In this document: one piece after another, positions 1 through 14,792 of the stretch
Position numbering within the stretch: the first letter of the stretch is position 1
Layout: every line of letters starts with the position of its first letter
DNA from: an uncultured delta proteobacterium
GTDB lineage: Bacteria > Desulfobacterota > Binatia > UBA9968
Assembly (NCBI GenBank): GCA_963771465.1
Contig: CAVYTU010000002.1
Location: 32,001 to 96,000, forward strand
Length of the DNA: 64,000 nt
Direction: 5' to 3'
Notes under the pieces: model-generated
Seen by the model: the letters and a program-made list of their open reading frames with translations, nothing else
What the model was told of the DNA's origin: nothing
Databases searched by the model: none
Translations under genes and position numbers: made by a program

Positions 1-287
1 AATTCAACACCTGCATCTATAAGGCGAGCGACGTACCCGCCAAGACGCGACGAGACAATCTGGATTTTGCAAAACCCATCAGCTGCTTTGAGTGGCAAAA
101 TATTTATGTCTACGATTTTGCAACGGCAAGTTTCCGGACGACTCTGGCCGATGTTCCCACATGGGAAGAACCAGCCACGCCTGTAAATCTGTACTCACTC
201 GTAATCATCGTCATGTGTTCAGCGGCACTCGGGCTGATCATCTTTTTGCTCTCAGGCAAGTTTCGCCGCCAAAAACTTCACTGCTAA
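1..287 (+). CDS. 3' end of an unknown protein with a C-terminal membrane anchor (partial, runs off the window)
   Basis: Frame 3 is open from base 3 to TAA at 285-287 and reads ...PVNLYSLVIIVMCSAALGLIIFLLSGKFRRQKLHC, a hydrophobic helix followed by a basic tail. Not in the ORF track because no start codon lies in the window. Confidence 0.5.
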   Translation, partial: FNTCIYKASDVPAKTRRDNLDFAKPISCFEWQNIYVYDFATASFRTTLADVPTWEEPATPVNLYSLVIIVMCSAALGLIIFLLSGKFRRQKLHC

Positions 288-410
288 TCTGCAAAACATC
301 GGTGCGTTGTCGTTTTATTCCCGAGTCCACCGTGAGTCCGCTCTACGGCAAATGAACCCACCACCACATTATCGCACTGCAAGACTTGCCGCCTAATTTC
401 AATCGGTAGT

Positions 411-1113
411 TCATATATCCAGCCCCGCGCCATGCTTCCTCAGCCACTCTTTGCGCTCTTCGTAATCCGGCATCATTTTGTCCACTTCGTTCCAGAAAGC
501 ATCGGTATGGTCGAGCTGATGCAAATGGCAAAGCTCATGGACAACGATGTAGTCGATAATCGTCGGTGGGGCCATCATGCATTTCCAGTGGAACGCCAAC
601 TTTCCACTTGGAGAACAAGACGCCCATCGATAGCCGAGTTCCCGGACGTCCATCCCGCGTCAGTTTAACGCCGACTTTCGGAGCGTAATATTTCACTCGC
701 TCTCGTGATCCGATCTTGTCCGCGTACAACGTAATAGTCGCGAAATGCCGCCTGGGCCGCCGCAACGTCGCCGCGGTCAACGAAATCACGTCGCAAGCAA
801 AAGCGACCATCTTTCAACTGCACCGGCGCTTCTTGGTCCGCGACCAGTAGAAGGCGATAGGAGCGACCAAGGTACAAAAATCCTTCACCGTTCCGGTATT
901 CTCGTAGAACGCGAGTCGCGTTGAGATCGCGCCACTCAGCCAGATTCTTGTAGATCCAATAGCGCTTCGCTTCGACAATGTCTTCGATGCGCTCGTCGGG
1001 GAATGTGGCCGGCGCGCGGACAACGATTTTGCCATTCCGCTCGACGACGATATCCGCCGTGGAGCGGCGGCTGCGCACGACTTCGTAGGAGATGTCTTTA
1101 TCGCGTGAGGCTT

Positions 1114-1117
<4 letters not shown>
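411..1117 (-). CDS. M48/YgjP (DUF45, SprT-like) zinc metalloprotease downstream of hsdR; frameshifted
   Basis: ORFs 665..1117 (SRRSTADIVVE...GEGFLYLGRSYRL) and 411..653 (RWASCS...IIDYIVVHELCHL...HTDAFW) together give the family with its HExxH motif. The start overlaps the hsdR stop. Confidence 0.85.
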
Positions 1118-4377
<3,260 letters not shown>

Positions 4378-4401
4378 GGGTCTGGCAGTGCAAGATTCGG
4401 A

Positions 4402-5669
4402 TTATTTTCGTTTTCCTGTTTTGCCTTTTGGTTTCTTGGAACTCTGCTTCCAGGGTGTCTTCGTCACCTCATCCAAATCCAAAGTCAGAGCAGTATCACC
4501 TCCATCGCCGATGGCGGCCACGGTGAAGAGTTCGTCAGGGTAAAACTCTTGCTCTGCGTACCAACTTAGCCCACTTTTGCGCTTCTTAACTTCCGCGAAA
4601 AGTTCATACGCGTCTTCCCCTTCATTTTCAAAGTCGGGGTAAGTTATGAAGGTAACAAATCGGCCACGCGGCGGCGGGCTCCCTTGGGTGCACTCATAAA
4701 ACACGTTGACGGTATAGTAATCCTCGTGCTCCCTGACCGTCGCCGTAAGGCGTCGATGACCGTTATCATCTAATATGCCAAAAAGTTCCTTGTTCGGATC
4801 GTCAAGCTCGTAGTCGTGAATCACCGGGCGATCGCCCGGCGGAATTCGAAACCGCACGGGAAACTCGGGATAAAATTCGCAGAGTCGTCGGCTCGGAATG
4901 CACCACGAAATATGATCTTTCGACAATTCTAGAACCACCAACCCGATAAACGCATTCAAGTCCGATGACCACACCGGCGCTCCACTAAACCCTCCCATCA
5001 CGGACAGCGCGCCGCCGCGATCCATCTGCACTAAGCCCTTGGCATTTGCGGCGTGGAGAAGTCCAGCAGCATTGCGTCCTTGCTGATCGCTTCCCGGAAA
5101 GCCCATTACGGAATAAGCCTTGCCGCCATGCCTCAAAGGACTGGCGAACGACACCGGTTGAATGCTAACGAAAGACAAAGGGTTTAGAATCTCCAGCAAC
5201 GCCAAATCATTTTCCGAGCCATCACGATCTTCGACTTTCATCACCTTGGTTCTTATCTTTGGCTGGCCAACGACACCAATAAGTGTTACGTCCAGCTCTT
5301 TGCCAAGAGGCGTTACTTCCTCGTCGGGATTTTCCTTTTCCAACGCATTGGCAACGACGTGACGACAAGTCAGGATGTGTCGGTGATTGAGCAAACAGGC
5401 TGCTCCAAGAATTTGGCCGTCGAACCGATGCACGGCCACAACGCGAGCCGTCTCTGATCCGTTACGCGCAGGCTTAGCGGCGGTACTTGGTTTGCTTCGA
5501 ATGATTTTGTGGGATCGTATTTGAACGATCCCGGCACATAGACTGTTTCAGGGTAGACAACGCGCGAAGTTGAAGAGGTGTCAGCCGCCTCAAGCATTTT
5601 AGTCGGGTCAGGACGGTTCTCCGGCTCCAGTGCCGGCTTTGGCTTCTTAGTATGAGTCGGTTCTTTCAT
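4402..5669 (-). CDS. Trypsin-like serine protease with N-terminal extension and pYEATS-like C-terminal domain; one frameshift near 5455
   Basis: Triad motifs LTCRHVV, NDLALLE and GFSGAPV. ORF 5370..5669 joins ORF 4402..5439 if one base is added (RVTD-PETARVVAVHRFDGQILGA). No signal peptide. Confidence 0.85.
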
Positions 5670-5998
5670 TACTTCGTCTTTTTGTCGTTAGCCCATTTGA
5701 GAGTGATCTTGAAGTTGGCCTTTGCCGAGCCTTCCATGATCATGGGGATACCTCCCTCACCACCCAACTCGAGCCCGAATTCCACTTCTATTTCTGAAGG
5801 ATTGTTGGCAGCAATCAAGGCGTTGCGAATCGTGTCGGCCACGGCGGACAGCGGCTCGAGCTGTTCTCCGAGTTCTTTAGCAACCTTGCGAACAATGTCC
5901 CTCGACGCGTTGCGCGGTATACCTTGATCGTCAGAAGACTCGACTAGAATGAAGTGTTCCTTTTTCTCGGACTTTACCTTGTATGCGACTGTAGCCAT
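5669..5998 (-). CDS. Trypco1 / CU044_2847-family small protein (trypsin co-occurring domain)
   Basis: 109 aa from ATG 5998 with an AAGGAG RBS. Motif PSEIEVEFGLELGGEGG...GSAKANFKITLKW. Stop/start overlap (TAATG) with the trypsin gene. Confidence 0.8.
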   Translation of the reverse strand: MATVAYKVKSEKKEHFILVESSDDQGIPRNASRDIVRKVAKELGEQLEPLSAVADTIRNALIAANNPSEIEVEFGLELGGEGGIPMIMEGSAKANFKITLKWANDKKTK

Positions 5999-6026
5999 AA
6001 AGCTCCTTTTGTTAATGGGTGTTTGT

Positions 6027-6197
6027 TTATAGACTTCCGCTGCGCGCCGCCTGCACCATCTGGTCATGCGTCCGCTACCGCTTGTCCAGGAACCGATCGC
6101 AGAATACGTCAGTGCCGTCGTAGATTATCTCCGTCACCTGATACGACTGCAGCCGATAACCGCCGTGCAGCCGCGACGTGGCGTTGTCGCCGCTCAT
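6027..6197 (-). pseudogene. Truncated four-helix-bundle (23S rRNA IVP/Avd-like, four helix bundle suffix family) gene remnant
   Basis: The ATG overlaps the hsdS TGA. Translates MSGDNATSRLHGGYRLQSYQVTEIIYDGTDVFCDRFLDKR*RTHDQMVQAARSG then loses similarity. In-frame TAG at 6075-6077. Confidence 0.7.
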
Positions 6198-7477
6198 CAC
6201 CCGTCCACCTTCACTCGCCCGGTCAGGAGGTCGTGCATGAGGCCGTGTTTTTGTTGGCGGAGTTTAGCGACTTGACGGTTCAGTGAATCAGAATATTTGT
6301 TGAGCACACCGATTCGAGCCTCAATTTCTTGCTGCTCCTCGTGGTTGGGCAGCGCTAATGGAAACCCTTTTAGCTGAGTGGAGTTAATTGAGGCGAGGTT
6401 GGTGGACTGCTTCGAACTCATCACAAAGTATTTTTTTCCGAATTCCGACTGAGACCAATACGCCAAGTAGTTCGATTGGAGCCGACTTGAGTGAGAACGA
6501 ACTCGGAAGACGTGGTTTTGATGGATGCATGGAGTATATCTCTTCGTTCCAAACCGTTCCACGTCCAAGTTTGTCGTAATCGCCCCCTTCGTTCATTAGA
6601 ACATCTCCACGTTTCAGACACAGTTTTTCGAGTTGGTCAAAAGACACTCGAATTGTCTTGATCTCATGCAGGTCAAGATAACCATCTTGCACGTTAGCGA
6701 CTCGAAGATATGGAATTTCTATGCCGAATTTTATCTCGGCTTCTGAACCGAGGGTTACCCCAGAAACAATCTCCGCGAGTGTACCCAACTGCTGTATCTG
6801 CCACTCCTTCGGAATCCAGCCGAGGGGGGATTCTTTGTAGAGTTGCGGCGCTTCGGCGCGGGTGGGGCGGAGTTTGCCGTCAGGCGTGACGCCGCGGGTA
6901 AACAGGTCGTGCATCAGCCCCGCCTTGATCTGCTGATACTTCGCAATCAGCGCCTCCGTCTGCTCAATCGAGCGTCTAGTATCAAGGATATCGGCGATAC
7001 CTTGTTGAACTTCGAGTTTGGAGTGGAAACCTGAGAACGCTCGAAAACGTTCTGATAAAGATGCATCCATTGTTGAGCCCGCCAAATTCAGATTCAGAAA
7101 TTCATCGAACACACTCGACCGAAGTAAGAAGATACAGAAACCGGTGAGTTACACCTTCCGTCCGCGCAGCGAAGTAAGAACACGCCACTAATAAGAACCA
7201 GCGTTCTCAGGGCAATCTGTACACAAAGGCACTTTGCCGATTAGTTCCGTCCACGGAGTGAACAGAGATCGCCGTTGCGGACATGAATGTATGCGCCTGT
7301 CTTGAAATCTTGCTTCGGTGACGTGGTAAAGGAATCCCAGTCAATGCTTCCATTCCGAAAGTCTTGCCAGTGATAAGATGGGGACCGTCGATCGAGAAAT
7401 CGTCGGCGTGCAACTGTGCCAAGGCCAGTTCTGCAATTAACCGCCACTGACGAACTTTGATGGGCGTCTGAGGCCAT
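6197..7477 (-). CDS. hsdS: Type I R-M specificity subunit; frameshifted
   Basis: Two TRDs with conserved spacer IAKYQQIKAGLMHDLFTRG...YKESPLGWIPKEW and C-terminal KHGLMHDLLTGRVKV; YLRVANVQDGYLDL. Confidence 0.9.
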
Positions 7478-7505
7478 TACTCTTGGTGACTTGACACAAA
7501 CTCAC

Positions 7506-9977
<2,472 letters not shown>

Positions 9978-10096
9978 CAAGAAAACCGAATCGAATTTCT
10001 AATAGTAAATTGTTGCAGATTCTACGCGAAACCGTGCGCGCATGCCAAGTGTTCAACAGTTCAATATTCCATCGTTCCAAACGTTCAGCCACTTCC

Positions 10097-10138
10097 AAAA
10101 ACAAACAACGCCGCTAACAGTTTCCCGCTAGCGGCGTT
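10097..10138 (-). terminator. Rho-independent terminator after the queuosine-precursor transporter
   Basis: Minus strand AACGCCGCTAGCGG-GAAA-CTGTTAGCGGCGTT followed by GTTTGTTTTT. Confidence 0.75.
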
Positions 10139-10164
10139 CTCAACAATTTTATTACAATTGAAAA

Positions 10165-10868
10165 TCATACCACCGCCTCCTCGCTCGCCTTGGCCGATTG
10201 CTCGATTAGCTGATGCGCCTCTTCCGTGCCGAGGAATCGGTCGATCGCCGCGTGGCCGGCGTAGAGCAGCGGTGTGATACCGACGGCGACAATGAGTTTG
10301 AATGAATAGTTGGACGCCGCCACGGCCAAAAACTCGGCAGTCTTCACCTTGCCCGGCAGCCAGAAAGCAATCCCGATGATGACGATGCTGTCGATCAGTT
10401 GCGAGACCACGGTGGAACCGGTGGCGCGCATCCAGAGATATCGCCCGCCAGTCTTGTGGCGCACTAACCAAAAGATAAAAACATCGATCATCTGACTTAA
10501 AGCAAAGGCGATGACGCTGCCGACGATAATCCACATTGACTGGCCGAACACGGCTTGGAATTGACGTCGCTCACCGGCGAAAACGACACCGCGGGAACCT
10601 GCATCGCCAGGAAGAGCACGATGAACGCATAGACGATCAGACCGATGGTCATGAACGTCAGCCGGCGCACTCCTTCTCGGCCGAAATACTCGTTGATCAA
10701 ATCGGTGGCGATAAAAACCACCGGCCAGGGAATCACGCCGATGCTCAAGGTGAATGGCCCGAAGGTAAATAATTTGCCGCCGGTGAGCTCGCCCAAAATC
10801 GCGTTGGTCACGAAGAAACCGGCCAACGCCATGTAGACGATATCCCTGCGGCTTTGTAGTCCAATCAT
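10165..10868 (-). CDS. Queuosine precursor transporter (VUT/YhhQ family); frameshift near 10555
   Basis: PVVFIATDLINEYFGR and LWMRATGSTVVSQLIDS motifs; multiple TM helices. Confidence 0.85.
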
Positions 10869-10912
10869 AGATGCCTCAATCCGCGCGCAATGAAACGTTA
10901 GGCGCCAACCGC

Positions 10913-11939
10913 TCACTTCATGCCGAGATTCTTAAGAAACCCAGACTTGGTCAGGGCATCGACGAAACTATTGTCGTAGAAATCTTTTGGGTCGGCGTTT
11001 TTGACCTTGGGGAATTCTTTTTCGTCGATGTATTCGAATTGCCCTCTGATCGCCTCGGGACGCACGGCTAGACTCATCGCCCAATAGGGCGCGAAAGCTT
11101 CGTAAGTGCCGTCGATCGTCGGCCCGTCATCGAGCTTCGCGTACTTGGCGATCGCTTTTTTCGCCGCGGCGGGATCTTGTTTCGCCAGCGCGACGCCTTC
11201 AGCGATCGCTTTTAGGAACGCGTAAACGGTATTGGGATTATTTTTGAGATACTTTTCCGTCGCGCCGTAGGCGACTTGGAGGGCCGGGATGTTAAGCTTG
11301 CCGACATCCACCAACAAATTTAATCCAGCATCTTTGGCCTTGATCGTATTCGGTGCCGACAGCGTCCCGGCCGCGGTTTTGCCGCCGAGTATCGAGCTTA
11401 GAATCGCCGGCACCGATTGCACGTAAAGAATTTGCACATCTTTATCCGGCATCAGGCCGTTTTTCTTGAGCGCCTCGCGGGTCGCGGTGTCCAGCGCCGC
11501 GCGCGGCGTGCTGGCAGCAACCGCCTTGCCTTTCAAGTCCCGAATCGTTTTGATCTCCTTGGCCGCCCAAATCTGAAACACCAGCTGCTGGATCGTGCCG
11601 CCAAAATATTTCACCTGCCCGCCGTGCAAGCGCGCATTGATCAAATCGGGTCCATCGGTGTAGAAGTCCGCCTCTTCTGAGATCACCGCCTGGGCCGAAA
11701 CCTGCGGCGTGAGAAGCTGCAAAGTCGCATTCAATCCGTATTTTTTGAACAACCCCGCTTCATGCGCCAGCCAGATCGGCGTAAACGCGCCGCTCGGTTG
11801 CGCATAGGTCACGACCACGTCGGATTTTTCGGGCTTGCCGCCAGCGTCCGCCGCAAAAGAAGAGTGAATCAGCACACACAACCGAGATCAGCAGCAGCGC
11901 AAGAGCCGCTACAAGCCAATTTGATTTACCATGCTGCAT
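10913..11939 (-). CDS. ABC-type substrate-binding protein (NMT1/THI5/SsuA-like); frameshift in signal region
   Basis: Signal peptide, PIWLAHEAGLFKKYGL, IKTIRDLKGKAVA and DPKDFYDNSFV. Confidence 0.8.
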
Positions 11940-11976
11940 CGAACTCACCTCTTACAAACTTTTCTCGGAGACAAAG

Positions 11977-13716
11977 TTAAATCGAAACCATCGATGACCG
12001 CCGCACATCGGCGATCTTCAATTCGACGCTGGTTGCGCCGTTCCACTCGTTCTCGGTCAAGCGATAGACAACGTCCATCTGCTCTCCCGGCATGCCAGGA
12101 TAATCATCGCCGACGCCGAAGATAACGCCGCTGATCACCCGGCCGGCTTGGCGCAAACGGTAGCGCACGCCGGCGGAGAAGACCTTGCGTTCGCAAATCT
12201 CTGCGCCGCTAGTGGTAAACACCGGTTCCGGATTGCCGACGCCGAACGGTTGCAAGATATCCAGCTCGCGCATGAGCGGCATGCCGATGGCGGAAAAATC
12301 CAACTCGGCATCGATCTCAAGCCGCGGCGACAACTGCTCGGGCGAAAGCGTTTGCCGCGCGGCATCTTCAAAAGCTTCAGTAAATCCATCCAACTGCTCC
12401 GGCTTCATCGATAATCCACCGGCGTATTCATGGCCGCCGAATTTTTCCAAACTAACGGCGCAGCGGCGCAGCCCGTCGACCATATGAAAGCCGCGGATGC
12501 TGCGCGCTGAACCCTTGCCGGCGCCGTCATTGAAACCGATGACGACGGTGGGCCGGTAAAACTTTTCGACGATGCGTGACGCGACGATGCCGAGCACACC
12601 GGGATGCCAGCCTTCTCCGGCCAACACCAGCGAATGGCGCTGGCCGCCAGTCATCGCCACGCTCGCCTGCGCCAGCGCTTGCTCTAATACCCGGGCTTCG
12701 ATGGCGCGCCGCTCTAAATTATGCTCTTCCAACTCCTGCGCGATGCGCTCGGCTATCTCCCTCGACTCGGTGGTCAACAACTCGACGACTTTGATGCCGT
12801 AATCCACTCGTCCCGCCGCGTTGATGCGCGGCCCCAAACGAAACCCCACTTGGCCGGCGCTGACTGCGCCCGCCGTGATGCCTGAAACTTGCTTGAGCGC
12901 GACTACGCCGGGGCGCGTTGAGGTAGCCAATTCCTCAAGACCGCGCTTGATCAAAGTACGATTGACGCCTTTGAGCGGCACCATGTCGGCGATGGTGCCG
13001 AGCGTGACGATATCGAGATAGTGGCGAATATCCGGGTCGGCGCCATTCTTGAACCAACCGACATCGCGCAACTTGGCGCGCAGGCCGATGACTAAATAAA
13101 ATGCCAACCCAGCGGCGCACATCCCTTTGTCAGGAAACGTGCAGTCTTTGCGGTGCGGATTGATCACCGCCACCGCCAGCGGAAACTCGTCCGGCGGCTG
13201 ATGATGATCGACAACGACGATGTCGAGACCGAAGGTGCGCGCCGCCGCTACCTCTTTGGCATTAGAAATACCGCAGTCCACGGTGACGACCAGATCGACG
13301 CCGCGCTCTTTGAGCCGCCTTAATCCTTCAGTATTGAGGCCGTAGCCTTCTTCGATGCGATGCGGCACGTGGTAAATCGGTGCCGCGCCGATCTCACGCA
13401 AGAATGAGACGAGCACCGAAGCGCCGGTGGTGCCATCGACGTCGTAGTCGCCCCAGATGCCGATCTGTTCGCTGTTTGTGATCGCGCCGACAATGCGCCG
13501 AACCGCCGGCTCCATGTCAGCCATGATGAATGGCGAAGGCAGGTCTGCGCGCAGGCTGGACGAAAGATAAGTTTTGGCCGCAGCACAATCGGCAAAACCG
13601 CGCAGCGCGAGCATGTGGCCGAGCAGTGGCGAAACACTTAACTGCTGGCAATAATTGGCGACAAGCTGTGGATCGACGTCCTTAAGCACCCAACGTTTGG
13701 CAAGATCATTTGGCAT
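11977..13716 (-). CDS. recJ: ssDNA-specific exonuclease RecJ
   Basis: GDYDVDG, TVDCG, DHH, GTIAD, PRINAAGR, KGSARS, GGH and PFGVGNPEP. Confidence 0.97.
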   Translation of the reverse strand: MPNDLAKRWVLKDVDPQLVANYCQQLSVSPLLGHMLALRGFADCAAAKTYLSSSLRADLPSPFIMADMEPAVRRIVGAITNSEQIGIWGDYDVDGTTGASVLVSFLREIGAAPIYHVPHRIEEGYGLNTEGLRRLKERGVDLVVTVDCGISNAKEVAAARTFGLDIVVVDHHQPPDEFPLAVAVINPHRKDCTFPDKGMCAAGLAFYLVIGLRAKLRDVGWFKNGADPDIRHYLDIVTLGTIADMVPLKGVNRTLIKRGLEELATSTRPGVVALKQVSGITAGAVSAGQVGFRLGPRINAAGRVDYGIKVVELLTTESREIAERIAQELEEHNLERRAIEARVLEQALAQASVAMTGGQRHSLVLAGEGWHPGVLGIVASRIVEKFYRPTVVIGFNDGAGKGSARSIRGFHMVDGLRRCAVSLEKFGGHEYAGGLSMKPEQLDGFTEAFEDAARQTLSPEQLSPRLEIDAELDFSAIGMPLMRELDILQPFGVGNPEPVFTTSGAEICERKVFSAGVRYRLRQAGRVISGVIFGVGDDYPGMPGEQMDVVYRLTENEWNGATSVELKIADVRRSSMVSI

Positions 13717-13741
13717 TTCCAAGTTTTCGCTGGTGCGCTCA

Positions 13742-13831
13742 CGCGCGCTACGATGCTAACCTGCATCCCACGGGTCATGTCTGAGTCGTGGGGTCGCCCA
13801 GCACACCTGTCGCTGAATGTGCTAGCGCGCG
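13742..13831. ncRNA. Candidate structured RNA element (four-way junction) between secF and recJ
   Basis: 9-bp closing stem CGCGCGCTA/TAGCGCGCG enclosing three hairpins: ATGC/GCAT, CCCACG/CGTGGG and GCACA/TGTGC. Confidence 0.35.
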
Positions 13832-13859
13832 GTAATTACAACATTGACTTGGGGAAAAG

Positions 13860-14783
13860 CTAACGCCGCAATCTGTCGCCCCACATCAGGATCACCGGAC
13901 TGGCGATAAAGATCGTCGAGTAGACGCCGGAAATAAACCCCACCAGCAAGGCAAAGGCGAACGGCCGGATCACCGCGCCGCCGAGAACATAAAGCGCCGT
14001 CAGCACCAACAAAGCCGTGCCCGTGGTAAGAATCGTCCGGCTCAACGTCTCGTTAATGCTGGTGTTGATAATATTTTCTAGGGTCTCACGTTTGATCTTG
14101 CGCAGGTTCTCGCGAATACGGTCGCAAATCACCACCGTGTCGTTGACCGAAAAGCCGACGATCGTCAGCAGCGCGGCGACGACCGTGAGATCGAATTCGT
14201 AGTTGGCCAGCATCAATGCGCCGACGGTAATTAAAACATCGTGCACGAGGGCGATCACGGCGCCGAGTCCAAAGTTCAAACCAAACCGAGCGCCGAACGC
14301 CGAGGCGAAACGAATCCAGATATACACGCCCATCATGATCGTCGAGGCGATGACCGAAATCGTCGCGCGCCAGCGCAATTCCTCACCGATCTTCGGACCG
14401 ACGAACTCGATCCGGCGAATCTCGAATTTATCGGCGCCAAACTTTTGCGTGAGTGCCTGCTTGATTTGTTCCCCAATGGCGCCGACTTCCAAGCCTACTT
14501 TTTCCACGCGTATCAGGTATTCGTTCAAGTCCTCTTGGCCGAAGTCCTGAATCACGCTGCCGCCGAGTTGGACGCTCTCGAGGGCCTGGCGAATATCTGC
14601 AATCGTCATCTTCTGGTTAAATTTCAACTGCACCATGGTGCCGCCGGCAAAATCCACGCCCAGACTCGGGCCCTTAAAAAACAGAAACGCGAGAACGATG
14701 ACATTGACCACGGTGGATAGGATTACCGCCAGCTTGCGATATTTTGTAAACGGTATCTTGGTTCCGGGCTTGATCAGTTCCAT
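13860..14783 (-). CDS. secF: Protein translocase subunit SecF
   Basis: LGVDFAGGT, VGPKIGEEL, GFSVNDTVVICDRIREN and ETLSRTILT. Confidence 0.97.
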   Translation of the reverse strand: MELIKPGTKIPFTKYRKLAVILSTVVNVIVLAFLFFKGPSLGVDFAGGTMVQLKFNQKMTIADIRQALESVQLGGSVIQDFGQEDLNEYLIRVEKVGLEVGAIGEQIKQALTQKFGADKFEIRRIEFVGPKIGEELRWRATISVIASTIMMGVYIWIRFASAFGARFGLNFGLGAVIALVHDVLITVGALMLANYEFDLTVVAALLTIVGFSVNDTVVICDRIRENLRKIKRETLENIINTSINETLSRTILTTGTALLVLTALYVLGGAVIRPFAFALLVGFISGVYSTIFIASPVILMWGDRLRR

Positions 14784-14792
14784 TGGATTTTC

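Noticed and set aside
10110-10905. GCTAAC and GTTAGGC resembling integron attC core sites
   Set aside because: They are about 790 nt apart with no attC-like hairpin. The first belongs to a terminator, and there is no integrase.
13742-13831. tRNA or c-di-AMP (ydaO) riboswitch
   Set aside because: No T-loop, anticodon arm geometry or CCA. The GCTAACC and CGCTGAAT words occur in the wrong order for ydaO and its other conserved blocks are missing.
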